Shown: positions 48,960 through 58,926 of the stretch, piece after piece
Layout: the number at the start of each line of letters is the position of its first letter
Numbering within the stretch: the first letter of the stretch is position 1
Source: an uncultured Prevotella sp.
GTDB taxonomy: Bacteria; Bacteroidota; Bacteroidia; Bacteroidales; Bacteroidaceae
Direction of reading: 5' to 3'
Assembly: GCA_937901345.1 (NCBI GenBank)
Contig: CALCHM010000127.1
Coordinates: 3,872-67,871, forward strand
Length of the DNA stretch: 64,000 bases
Position numbers and translations under genes: made by a program
The notes under the pieces: generated by a model
The model's input: only the letters and a program-made list of their open reading frames with translations
Told to the model about the DNA's origin: nothing
The model's database searches: none

Positions 48960-50255
48960 ATGTTCTGTAATAAGAATACCCTAAAAAAGGGTTGTTTTTG
49001 TGTAATGAGCTTGTTAGCAGTTACATTTGTTGTTGGTAATATAACCTGTTGCAATTCGAATTCTCGTAGAACAAAAAAAGAGAATCATAATGTAGTAAAA
49101 CAAGACACAGCCACTGCTTACATTGATGCAAAAGACTTCAATCCTGTTGTAAATGTGTATATAGAAAATTCCGGCAGTATGGATGGTTATGTAAAGGGGC
49201 AAACTGATTTTGAACAGATTGTATATAATTACTTAGTAAACCTCAAACTAGCAAAAATCACCTCAGAACTTAATCTGTTCTATATCAACTCCAGACTTTT
49301 ACCTCAACAAGATGATGTTCAAGACTTCATAGAAAAACTTGAACCTTCTTCTTTTAAAGCAAAAGGGGGAAACAGAGGCGCATCCGATATTTCAAATATG
49401 ATTGGTTTGATTATGAAAGAGATGAATGATTCAACAGTTTCCATTTTTATTTCCGATTGTATATTCTCTCCTGGAAAGGGTAAGGATGCAGGTGAATTTC
49501 TTAATAATCAAAAAATCGGTATTAAAAATGTTGTTGGTCAATACTTTAACGACCATCCCAAACTTGCTGTTATGGGGTACCGTTGTTTATCCACCTTCAA
49601 TGGTTATTATTATGATAAAAATGATTCTGGCACACAGTACATAGGGACACGTCCCTTCTATATTTGGTTGTTTGGTACACAAGGGGCGTTGAATCGTATT
49701 CAGATTGAAATGCAGAAGAATCGTTATCAGTTAGATAGGGTTCAAAATGATTTTATGGTGTTTGCAGGTGGTACTACAATGCCCGACTCTTGCTATGCGG
49801 TGAAAAGAGGTTCGGGAAAATTCGACTTGAAAAAGAGCGACCCGAAACATTCTATTGAGAATTTAAAAATAGACAAAAATGGCAAAGTGCGTTTTTCTGT
49901 AGAAGTAAACTATGCTCCTTTTATATTAAGCGACTCCTATCTTTGTGATACGTCAATGTATGTGCTCAATGATCCAAAGTATAGGGTTGTTGCTGTGGAA
50001 CGCATAAAGGAATATAAAAAATATTCACACGTTATTCATATTGAAGCAGACAGAGTACATCCTTCTAATCTTGAAATAAAACTATGTACAGGTAAACCTG
50101 ACTGGCCTGAATATTATAATGATAACGATGGAAATGCTATTTCTGATTCTAACGCAGAAAAAACTTTTGGTATTAAATACATGACAGATGGTATTGCAGA
50201 AGCCATTATCAGAAAGGATTATTATACACGAATGACAATTAACATAAATAAGTAA
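48960..50255 (+). CDS. Probable lipoprotein with a vWA-like domain
   Basis: Hydrophobic leader ending ITCC; MIDAS-like VYIENSGSM and IFISDC. Confidence 0.6.
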   Translation: MFCNKNTLKKGCFCVMSLLAVTFVVGNITCCNSNSRRTKKENHNVVKQDTATAYIDAKDFNPVVNVYIENSGSMDGYVKGQTDFEQIVYNYLVNLKLAKITSELNLFYINSRLLPQQDDVQDFIEKLEPSSFKAKGGNRGASDISNMIGLIMKEMNDSTVSIFISDCIFSPGKGKDAGEFLNNQKIGIKNVVGQYFNDHPKLAVMGYRCLSTFNGYYYDKNDSGTQYIGTRPFYIWLFGTQGALNRIQIEMQKNRYQLDRVQNDFMVFAGGTTMPDSCYAVKRGSGKFDLKKSDPKHSIENLKIDKNGKVRFSVEVNYAPFILSDSYLCDTSMYVLNDPKYRVVAVERIKEYKKYSHVIHIEADRVHPSNLEIKLCTGKPDWPEYYNDNDGNAISDSNAEKTFGIKYMTDGIAEAIIRKDYYTRMTININK

Positions 50256-50256
50256 T

Positions 50257-50718
50257 ATGGAAGAACTTTTCGGCAATTTATACAGCCTTCTTGAATCGTT
50301 TTATGGACAACCCCTCTCAGATTATTTGTGGGGTTACAATTGTAGCACACAAGATTATGATTTGGACTTGCAATACAATCACTTTGGCATGATTGCAATA
50401 ATCTTTGCGGTTGTCATACCACCAATCTATTATTATTTTTGGAATCCAGTGCGCCATCAGCAATTAAAGTATTGGGGGTTAATGGTCGTTTCTGGTCTTA
50501 TAAATTTTGCTATTGCATATTATAACCTAACTGTTGATTTGGATAATGGTTTGATTGGAGATTGTCTGCTTTATAACAGCGAAGGGACCCAAGTTATAGA
50601 CTCCATGAACATAGTTATGTTCGGCATTGTAAATTTTATTTTTGCATGCATACTCTTTTTTATCTCCTCAATGATTGTCAAATGGGGAAGTAAAACAGTG
50701 AAACATTATCCTTTCTAA
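50257..50718 (+). CDS. Small integral membrane protein, about 3 TM
   Basis: Three hydrophobic segments; 1-bp gap from the upstream gene. Confidence 0.75.
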   Translation: MEELFGNLYSLLESFYGQPLSDYLWGYNCSTQDYDLDLQYNHFGMIAIIFAVVIPPIYYYFWNPVRHQQLKYWGLMVVSGLINFAIAYYNLTVDLDNGLIGDCLLYNSEGTQVIDSMNIVMFGIVNFIFACILFFISSMIVKWGSKTVKHYPF

Positions 50719-50730
50719 AACTCTTAGGTT

Positions 50731-52134
50731 ATGAAAACATTTGTATTTGGAATCGGTGGCACAGGCGCTCGCGTTCTTCGCTCGTTGACATTATTGTTAG
50801 CATCTGGCGTTGAGTGCAAATCTACGATTGTGCCAGTTATTATAGACCCAGACTTGAATAATGGAGACTTGACAAGAACGGTAAGTCTGATGCAACGTTA
50901 TGCAACAGTTAGGAATGCCTTGAATTTTACAAATAATGGCAGGAATCAATTCTTTGGCACAGAAATCTTTGAACAATGTAATTTCCGATTGCCTATCAAT
51001 AACTCTCAGAATGTGTCGTTCAAGGAGTTTATGGATATGGATAATATGACTACAGAGTCAAAAGCTATGCTCAAAATGCTCTATTCTGACAAGAATCTTG
51101 ATTCAAATATGATTGTGGGGTTTAAGGGAAATCCCAATATAGGTAGCATTGTTTTAAATCAGTTTGCTGATACAGAAGAGTTCAAGAATCTAGCCAATGA
51201 TTTTACAGATGGTGATAGAATCTTTATTATCAGTTCCATCTTTGGTGGAACAGGAGCCAGTGGATTTCCACTTTTGTTAAAAACACTTAGAACGAATAAC
51301 TCTCTTCCTAATCATGGTTTGATAAATAAGGCTGAGATTGGCGCTGTCACCGTACTCCCATATTTCAAGGTGGATCAAGATAATAACAGTAGCATTGAGT
51401 CTGATACATTCATTTCAAAGACTAAAGCCGCTCTTGCATATTATGATAAGAATATAGGTCGTGACATCAACACATTATATTATATAGGTGATAATTCAGC
51501 GGCACAAAAGTCATATGATAATAATGAAGGTGGAGATGCGCAAATGAATAAGGCCCATGTCATTGAGATGTTATCAGCACTGGCTGTTGTTGACTTTGCT
51601 AATGCGCAATGTAATGCAGGTGGCCTTACATATAAAGAGTTTGGTTTGGTTTCGGATGATGTAGAGAATATTATCTTCTCAGATTTCGCTCCAGGAACGA
51701 TTGGACAAATTAGGAAACCCATGACACAGATGATGTTGTTTACTCATTATTTGAATAAGATGTCATTAGACACAATTCTTAGGCAGCAGTGGAGTAGGGA
51801 TTATGGGCTTGACAGAAATTTCTTTGCCTCTGATTTTATAAACAATCTTCGTTATATCCAAAACGACTACGAGACATGGTTGAAGGAAATGGGGGATAAT
51901 CAAATTGGGTTTGCTCCGTTTACATGGAACAATAACAATCTGTATGATATTGTCAATGGTCTTACTCCAAGCAAGTCTTTCTTCTCTCGTTTTAAGAAAG
52001 ATAATTATGAGCTGTTTGATGCCACATTAGACAAGAAACATACATCAAATAATAGCGAAACAAAGGAGCAGAAGTTTGTTGAACTATTCTATCAATCAAC
52101 AGAAACTCTCGCCCATGACAAACTAAATATGTAA
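50731..52134 (+). CDS. Tubulin/FtsZ-like GTPase (divergent Tubulin_2/FtsZl type)
   Basis: N-terminal GIGGTG, G..G.P..G, tubulin signature SSIFGGTGASG, VTVLPYF. Confidence 0.85.
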   Translation: MKTFVFGIGGTGARVLRSLTLLLASGVECKSTIVPVIIDPDLNNGDLTRTVSLMQRYATVRNALNFTNNGRNQFFGTEIFEQCNFRLPINNSQNVSFKEFMDMDNMTTESKAMLKMLYSDKNLDSNMIVGFKGNPNIGSIVLNQFADTEEFKNLANDFTDGDRIFIISSIFGGTGASGFPLLLKTLRTNNSLPNHGLINKAEIGAVTVLPYFKVDQDNNSSIESDTFISKTKAALAYYDKNIGRDINTLYYIGDNSAAQKSYDNNEGGDAQMNKAHVIEMLSALAVVDFANAQCNAGGLTYKEFGLVSDDVENIIFSDFAPGTIGQIRKPMTQMMLFTHYLNKMSLDTILRQQWSRDYGLDRNFFASDFINNLRYIQNDYETWLKEMGDNQIGFAPFTWNNNNLYDIVNGLTPSKSFFSRFKKDNYELFDATLDKKHTSNNSETKEQKFVELFYQSTETLAHDKLNM

Positions 52135-52138
52135 GAAA

Positions 52139-55100
52139 ATGGCTAAAGTATTCAGATTATATAAAGGTAATAATAATATTCAGGATTGGGGAACATCTGT
52201 ACAATATGGAGAACATGCTATTAGCCAGATTGAAGACCCAAATGCTGCAGATGTTAAGAAAGAGATAACATCTATACCATCTCCTTTTGCACGTATTGAC
52301 CTCGTGAAAAATGCATATAAAGAGGTTGTAAAATCAGGTAATCTCCATGGTAATACCATCTTTCACAAGATGGTTTCAGACTCTTTAGACATTGCCCAGA
52401 TTTTCTTTAATCTCCCAAAATTGCAAGATAAAGTTAAGGTGTTAGTATGGGATGTCAAGCAAGAAATAGACAAACTTTGCAATAGTTCTTCAAGAGAACA
52501 AAGGCGTGTTGGTGAAACTCTTGACATGTTCCTTAAACAAGATGCACAGAGTTACAACTTTGAGCATTTAAACTGTGTATATCTGCTCCATTATTTTGGT
52601 CAACATAGAAAGACACAGTTGGACATTATTGGTGCGACTTCTCCGGCAACTTTATTTTTCAGTTCAGCCAACGATTTTACTTATCTATCAGAGGATATTC
52701 GATTTGGTAAGGACAAAGTCTTTGACAATGAATTTGCTTCGCTTGACCAGCGAGAAGACAAGTTCATTGTGTTCTATTATGCCTATCGTAGTGCTTTCCA
52801 CAACTTTGCACGCTTATTCCCAGAAGTGAACTCTTACATGGATTTGGTTTATAAGCAGGGTTTGACACCTGACCAAAAGGATAAGGTTGATGCACTTACT
52901 ATAAATTCTATCAATGAATATCCCGAATTACTCATTAATCCAAATAAGGTAGAGATAAATGGTGTATGCTATCGTCAGTGTCCAGATAATGCCATTGTGA
53001 AGAGTGGATTTGAGATTAAGTCAGATATTGCTACAGATGAGAAGAAACCTCTGGTATTGCCAATAGAATCAGGCACTGTCTATTCAGATATATTCTATGT
53101 TTCAGATAATTGGGAAAGCACAAGTAAGGCTCCTTATTATGACAACAGACCGTTGGATGAAAGGCGCCTACCTAAAGCAAATGACACTTATCCATATTTA
53201 ACAATTAGTGATTTCCTTGAAGACGTACTCATACGCGTGCCCAAAATCAATGCGAATGAGGACGCTTTCTTCTGTAAATTTGCCAACGATGATTCATATA
53301 GTTACCTTTTACCCTTAAAACCGACATTCTTTAGGTATTTTACTTTGCAGCAAGTTCAAGGTAAGGTAGGGGGCAAGAGTATGATTGAAATAGAAGAGGT
53401 TCTGACAGGTAACATAAAAGTCACACTACGCATACCTATTCAGAACAATCGGGTAATAGAATACACGCGTAACTATATTGAACATGGTGAGATTCGTCCT
53501 AATGAGAACAAAGGCGCTCTCGTTGAGAAGAATTTTGCTATAGGATTGTTCTCGAACGTAAAATTTGAAGATGAAAAACAGGCTTACTATCGTGCTTACA
53601 TAATAAGTGAATTTGAGGAGAATGATGATTATAACTTATCTTTCGTTAAGGGTACAATTTCTATAAGTGTTAGTGACCCTGTTGTGCGTAATAGTTCAGA
53701 TGATCGTTACTATAGTTATAAAACATATGTCCTCGAACAGCAAACCTTTGATTATATCAGGGTAGAGTCAGATGGATACTATGGTGTCTTGATTCCTATC
53801 ATGCAGAAGAAGAACGGTTCAGATAAGTTTACGTTTGCTATAGACTTTGGTACTACCAACTCCCATATTGAATATAATATTAATGACGGAACTTCTGAAC
53901 CATTCAATGTAACAAGTAATGATAATATCTTGAAATTATGGGGTAAAGTTGATAATCAGTCAAAATATATTCTTGGTTATGATGTCATACCAGATACAAT
54001 AGGAAATGATTCGTTGTACAAATTCCCAATGCGCACAGCTCTATGTATGTCATCAGATACGAATTGGAATAAAGCGGTCTATCCACTTGGACATACCAAC
54101 ATACCTTTCCCATATGAAAAGAAACGTGGGTATGCATACGATCGTGTTGTGACTGATTTAAAATGGTCAAATGATCCCGATAACATTAAGAGAATCAAGA
54201 GTTACATTGAATCACTCTTCATGATGCTTCGTACGAAAGTGCTTTTGAATAATGGTAACCTTGCTAAGACGAAGATTGTTTGGTTTTATCCTATCAGCAT
54301 GGTAGAAAACCGATACAACAATTTTAGTGATGTCTGGACAAAAGCATATGAAAAGTATTTTGGAGGGGATAAAGGTAATGTCATTCCTATGACTGAATCA
54401 GTTGCACCATATGAACATTATCGCAACTCAGAAGCAAGCGTAGGCAACATTGTCACTATTGATATTGGTGGCGGAACAACAGATATCGTTCTTGCTAATA
54501 ATGGTGAGGTGAATAATATAACATCTTTCCACTTTGCTGCAGATTCAATATTTGGTGACCCGTATGTTACCAATAGGAGTTCTGCATCAGTGAATAAACT
54601 CCTTGTTCAGTATGAAAATGTAATCAAAAGCGTACTTGAAGATAACTCTTTAAGTGACTTGGAAGATATATTTGAACAAAACATAAAAAGTAAAATATCT
54701 AGTAATATTGCATCTTTTTTATTCTCCTTGAAGGACAATACAGAAATACAAGAAAAACGATTGGTGGATAATATAGATTTCAACACAATGTTACAGCGTG
54801 ACACCAATTACAAAATTGTGTTCGTAATGTTCTATTCAGCCATTATCTATCATCTTGCTAAAATTATGAAGGCAAAGGGAGAAGTAATGCCCCGTCACAT
54901 TGCATTCAGTGGCAACGGTTCGAAAGTTATTCGTGTTCTTACTTCAAGTAATACAACTCTTGAAAAGTTTACGAAAAAAATCTTTGAGAAAGTATATGGC
55001 CAAGATTACACTTCTGATGGATTGACAATACTCCAAAATGTAGATAATCCAAAGGAAGTTACTTGTAAGGGAGGCCTGGCAAAATCCATAAAGCAGAGTT

Positions 55101-55492
55101 ATGAGGATATTTCAACAACAAAAATTGTCTATAAGTCAGTTAATGATGGTAAGTCGGAGTTTGTGGGCAAAGAGAAATATGCAGATATCAATGATGCTTA
55201 CTTGGACAAAGTTGTTGATGAGGTTAAAACATTTATCAATTTTGTGTTTGAACTCAATAATGACTTCTCATTCAAAAACAACTTTGACTCGGCGGAACCC
55301 TCAATGAACATAGCCAAGGAAGAGTGCATGCGTGATTTGCTGACTTATACGAAAAACGGTCTTGAAAACAAAAAGAAAGAGGTTTCTGACAATGATGTTA
55401 TCGAAGAAACTTTGTTCTTCTATCCTCTGAGCGGTATGTTAAATGCCTTGATTAGCGCAATTTATAAAAAGAACAATTCAACAACAAGATAA
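52139..55492 (+). CDS. Large protein with a C-terminal actin/Hsp70-fold ATPase domain (SrfB-like)
   Basis: Phosphate-1 AIDFGTTNSH, connect ES.AP, phosphate-2 IDIGGGTTD, adenosine FSGNGSK, terminal PKE.TCKGG; N-terminal TSIPSPFAR. Confidence 0.8.
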   Translation: MAKVFRLYKGNNNIQDWGTSVQYGEHAISQIEDPNAADVKKEITSIPSPFARIDLVKNAYKEVVKSGNLHGNTIFHKMVSDSLDIAQIFFNLPKLQDKVKVLVWDVKQEIDKLCNSSSREQRRVGETLDMFLKQDAQSYNFEHLNCVYLLHYFGQHRKTQLDIIGATSPATLFFSSANDFTYLSEDIRFGKDKVFDNEFASLDQREDKFIVFYYAYRSAFHNFARLFPEVNSYMDLVYKQGLTPDQKDKVDALTINSINEYPELLINPNKVEINGVCYRQCPDNAIVKSGFEIKSDIATDEKKPLVLPIESGTVYSDIFYVSDNWESTSKAPYYDNRPLDERRLPKANDTYPYLTISDFLEDVLIRVPKINANEDAFFCKFANDDSYSYLLPLKPTFFRYFTLQQVQGKVGGKSMIEIEEVLTGNIKVTLRIPIQNNRVIEYTRNYIEHGEIRPNENKGALVEKNFAIGLFSNVKFEDEKQAYYRAYIISEFEENDDYNLSFVKGTISISVSDPVVRNSSDDRYYSYKTYVLEQQTFDYIRVESDGYYGVLIPIMQKKNGSDKFTFAIDFGTTNSHIEYNINDGTSEPFNVTSNDNILKLWGKVDNQSKYILGYDVIPDTIGNDSLYKFPMRTALCMSSDTNWNKAVYPLGHTNIPFPYEKKRGYAYDRVVTDLKWSNDPDNIKRIKSYIESLFMMLRTKVLLNNGNLAKTKIVWFYPISMVENRYNNFSDVWTKAYEKYFGGDKGNVIPMTESVAPYEHYRNSEASVGNIVTIDIGGGTTDIVLANNGEVNNITSFHFAADSIFGDPYVTNRSSASVNKLLVQYENVIKSVLEDNSLSDLEDIFEQNIKSKISSNIASFLFSLKDNTEIQEKRLVDNIDFNTMLQRDTNYKIVFVMFYSAIIYHLAKIMKAKGEVMPRHIAFSGNGSKVIRVLTSSNTTLEKFTKKIFEKVYGQDYTSDGLTILQNVDNPKEVTCKGGLAKSIKQSYEDISTTKIVYKSVNDGKSEFVGKEKYADINDAYLDKVVDEVKTFINFVFELNNDFSFKNNFDSAEPSMNIAKEECMRDLLTYTKNGLENKKKEVSDNDVIEETLFFYPLSGMLNALISAIYKKNNSTTR

Positions 55493-55498
55493 AGAAAT

Positions 55499-56152
55499 AT
55501 GCAGGATTTTTTTAAGGAATATTCGCTCGTTATAATAATAAGTCTATCTGTCTTATCTCTGATATTGCTTGTTGTCATTCTTGTTGACCAACTTTATATA
55601 AAGAAACGTTTATATGAAAAAATAAGGGAGCAAGAGGACAAAATTCTCAAATGGAATGCGTGGTATCATCAAACTGCAAAACAAAAAAATGTTGCAAAAA
55701 AAGATACGGTTCAACAAGCAAAAGTAACTCAATCTTTAGGAAATAAAACAAACCTTCAGGGAACTTTAAATAATAGAATTCAGACAGTGGAGACTTCTAC
55801 AGTTTCCTTAACTAATAGTTGCGTTGATTCTTCAAACTCAGTCGTCGCTACAGCACAGAAACCACAAGCGCACACTTATCATTATCTTCAAGAAGCTAAT
55901 CGTGGAAGATTTATGAAACTATTGCCATCATCAGACAAATGCTTCTTTAGAACTTGGGAAGATGATGGAGGACGCAAGTTTGAGTTTTGCGGTAATGTTG
56001 AAAAGGCTCTTGCTAATATCAATGCCATATTTGATGATGTATGCGAAATAGAAGGAAAACGAAGTGGAGCAACAGTAATAGAGAATATTAGCGCTGGGAT
56101 ATTAGACGCTGAATTAAAGATTATAACTAAAGCAAAAATTAGATTGAAGTAA
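55499..56152 (+). CDS. Membrane-anchored hypothetical protein
   Basis: N-terminal TM, short coiled coil, low-complexity linker, small C-terminal beta domain. Confidence 0.7.
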   Translation: MQDFFKEYSLVIIISLSVLSLILLVVILVDQLYIKKRLYEKIREQEDKILKWNAWYHQTAKQKNVAKKDTVQQAKVTQSLGNKTNLQGTLNNRIQTVETSTVSLTNSCVDSSNSVVATAQKPQAHTYHYLQEANRGRFMKLLPSSDKCFFRTWEDDGGRKFEFCGNVEKALANINAIFDDVCEIEGKRSGATVIENISAGILDAELKIITKAKIRLK

Positions 56153-56153
56153 G

Positions 56154-57659
56154 ATGGGATATATATTATCAATCATTTTCGTTCTCTGCTTTGCTGCATG
56201 GGAACTTCGCCAATTTAAAAAGGCAAAAATACTAACGATGCTGTATAAGAATATTTTTCCAAACAGCACCGAACAAATAGAATTCGACAGAGAAAACCTC
56301 CGTATTAATTCGACTCATCAATCAGAACTCTTTCAAGTCATGGTTAAAACTCTTAATAGATACTTGGGAGAAAACTCAGATCAAGTAAGTGATTATCATT
56401 TGATGAAAGATGTTATAGACCGTAATAGAGATGTAGCGGAATCTGAAATCGAAACGATAATTCCATTTCCTCAGTATATTGGACTTATTGGAACAATGAT
56501 TGGTATCTGCTATGGTGTTTGCGTGTTAGTCATTGGCGATGGTCTTAAGAATCTCATGTCTGGTGAAGTGAATGCATTGGAAAATAGCGGTGTAACTGAA
56601 TTATTGGGAGGTGTGGGTATTGCGGTGTTAACAAGTATTATAGGACTTGGATTAACGATGCTGAGTTCACATAATTTTAAAGAAGCTAAGCGCATTGTCG
56701 AACAAAATGAGAATGCTTTCCTTGGATGGATTCAAGCGGAAATGTTACCCAATTTGTCTACAGACATGACTTCTACGCTGGTTAGAATGACAAATAACCT
56801 TCGTAACTTTAACGACACGTTCTCTGCTAACACCGCAAAATTAGATCGTACTTTGGCAAAAGTAAATGAATCTTATTCGGGACAAGCAAAAGTGCTTGAG
56901 GCAATAGAAAGAGTGGACATCAATAAAGTGGCCAAAGCAAATGTGCTCGTTTATGAAAAACTCAAAGATTGTACAAATGAAATTGGTTTGATTGGAGAAT
57001 CTTTAAAGTCGTCAAGGCAATATTTACAAGAGGTGCGTGAACTTACTGAGAAACTCGATAGTATGGACGAGAGGACTAAAACCTGGGAAAAAATGGCCAA
57101 GTTCTTTGAAAAGGAAATCCGTGAAATCGAAAGTAGGAAAGCCGCTATCTCAGAAGTCGTTGGTGGTGTGGATGAAACTCTTAAACAGTCTCTTGAACAT
57201 TTAGGTCTAACAGCTAAAACAAAATCAGCACAAATTACAGAAAAAATTGTTGAAGAAAATACAAAATTGGATACAGCTCTAATTCAACAAGAAACATTGC
57301 TCAACAAAAAACTTGGAGAAATGTCTGATGCTATTGATAAGCGTAATAAAAGACTCTCCGATGTTTTCACTTCTCTTGAACAACTTACAAAAACTTTACC
57401 TGCAGAGATGCAAAGATACACTCGTGAATTAACGAATCTATCCGACATCAAAAAAGGTATTGCAGATTTGGAGAAGGCTGTCATTCAAAGTGCAAAGAAC
57501 CATGTAGTAACTAAGGAGGGAGTCGTTGTAACTCCTCCTTCACCAAAGATGCCTTTTATGCTTAAGATTGCAATTTATATTATTGCACTCTATAGCTTGA
57601 TTATGATTATTAAGGAAATGTATCCCATTGTTACGGAACTTATTTCAACGTATCTATAA
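56154..57659 (+). CDS. MotA/ExbB/ZorA-like membrane protein with a long coiled-coil tail
   Basis: GLIGTMIG and A..TSIIG TM motifs; about 290-aa helical tail; extra C-terminal hydrophobic segment. Confidence 0.75.
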   Translation: MGYILSIIFVLCFAAWELRQFKKAKILTMLYKNIFPNSTEQIEFDRENLRINSTHQSELFQVMVKTLNRYLGENSDQVSDYHLMKDVIDRNRDVAESEIETIIPFPQYIGLIGTMIGICYGVCVLVIGDGLKNLMSGEVNALENSGVTELLGGVGIAVLTSIIGLGLTMLSSHNFKEAKRIVEQNENAFLGWIQAEMLPNLSTDMTSTLVRMTNNLRNFNDTFSANTAKLDRTLAKVNESYSGQAKVLEAIERVDINKVAKANVLVYEKLKDCTNEIGLIGESLKSSRQYLQEVRELTEKLDSMDERTKTWEKMAKFFEKEIREIESRKAAISEVVGGVDETLKQSLEHLGLTAKTKSAQITEKIVEENTKLDTALIQQETLLNKKLGEMSDAIDKRNKRLSDVFTSLEQLTKTLPAEMQRYTRELTNLSDIKKGIADLEKAVIQSAKNHVVTKEGVVVTPPSPKMPFMLKIAIYIIALYSLIMIIKEMYPIVTELISTYL

Positions 57660-58345
57660 TGAAAAAATCTGGTTCACACTTTTGGCCAAGTTACTCTGAC
57701 CTCATGACTAATTTATTCTTTGTTATGCTGGTTATGTTTGTACTCACTATCGTTTCTCTTTGCAATTCTTTATTAGAAGCAGAGCGTTTGCGTAGACTTT
57801 CAGACGAACAGTTAGCTAAAATTCAGCAAATTCAAGAAGCAGTTAATCAATTACCAACTGATTACTTTGAGGAAGATTCTACAAACAAAAGATGGGTCTT
57901 AAAAAACTCTTACTCACCAAAATTTGGCGTTTCCGATGATGATATTGCAGCTTTAAACGACACAAGTAGTCTTGTTACTGTAGGTAATTCTTTGATGCAT
58001 TTAATTGACAAACTGAATATAATGAAGAATGACTCAAAGTATAAAGATATGGACATAACCTATCTTGTAGTCATTGAGGGGATGGCTTCCAAAGATAATT
58101 ATTACGACAACGATGCACTGAGTTATAAGCGAGCATTGAGTCTTTACTACTTATGGAAACGTAATGGTATTTCTTTTGAAAAGTCCCAATGCGAAGTTCA
58201 AGTTTCAGGTAGCGGTATACGTGGGCGCGGACGATTTAATTCAGATGGGCGACATCCAAAAGATGAAGTTAAAAACCAACGCATTATGATCCAGATTGTA
58301 CCTAAAATTGGACACCTTAGCAAAACATCGCTATCTAATGATTAA
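57659..58345 (+). CDS. MotB/ZorB-like protein with an OmpA-like peptidoglycan-binding domain
   Basis: FWPSYSDLMT (conserved TM Asp), VIEG.AS, N..LS..RA, NQRI.I. Confidence 0.82.
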   Translation: MKKSGSHFWPSYSDLMTNLFFVMLVMFVLTIVSLCNSLLEAERLRRLSDEQLAKIQQIQEAVNQLPTDYFEEDSTNKRWVLKNSYSPKFGVSDDDIAALNDTSSLVTVGNSLMHLIDKLNIMKNDSKYKDMDITYLVVIEGMASKDNYYDNDALSYKRALSLYYLWKRNGISFEKSQCEVQVSGSGIRGRGRFNSDGRHPKDEVKNQRIMIQIVPKIGHLSKTSLSND

Positions 58346-58392
58346 AATTGGTTAATTATTAACTCATAGAGAAAATTTATTACAAGGAACTA

Positions 58393-58429
58393 TAAAAAAG
58401 AAATTCAGCACAACTGAATTTCTTTTTTT
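58393..58429 (+). terminator. Terminator of the accessory operon
   Basis: AAAAAAGAAATTCAG / CTGAATTTCTTTTTT perfect stem. Confidence 0.8.
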
Positions 58430-58926
58430 ATCGAACGAATATGAATTAACGATTTTTATAGTGTTAAATTCTTCATTAACGTGAGTTCGATATAAGGATT
58501 ACCCAAGTATTCGACTTTTGTCTATAATTTCAATGTTCATTGATGGTTCCTTTGGCAAAAAATGTACGCAATAAGTCCCGCCATGAGATTCGTAGCAAAA
58601 TTATCTACAGAACGATGGAATGCTAATTTTCATAACAGAAACGACAAGTATCGTAACCATAGTTTCGGTAATGGTGGTTACGATTCTTTCAAAACAACTT
58701 GTAAAGCTTTTCATTTAAAATGAGAACGAGTTTGATTCCTATCGCGATTCTTATTGTATCTACTTCAGACGTACTACACCATGGTTGTTGTTGCGACACC
58801 GCGAACCATAATCCCATTGTTAAAAATCACGTTCCGCATGGACTTTCTCATTTCTCATTTCCCATTTCTCATTTCTTTATTGTACCTTTGTCCCGAAAGT
58901 AATTACAATAAAAACCTTATCCTGTT

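Noticed and set aside
56154..58345. Flagellar stator, ExbBD/TolQR or canonical Zorya
   Set aside because: No flagellar or tonB genes nearby; the OmpA-like domain and long tail do not fit ExbBD; no recognisable ZorC/D/E
58477..58495. TAACGTGAGTTCGATATAA as a possible element end at the island border
   Set aside because: No matching partner found at the left border, so it cannot be supported
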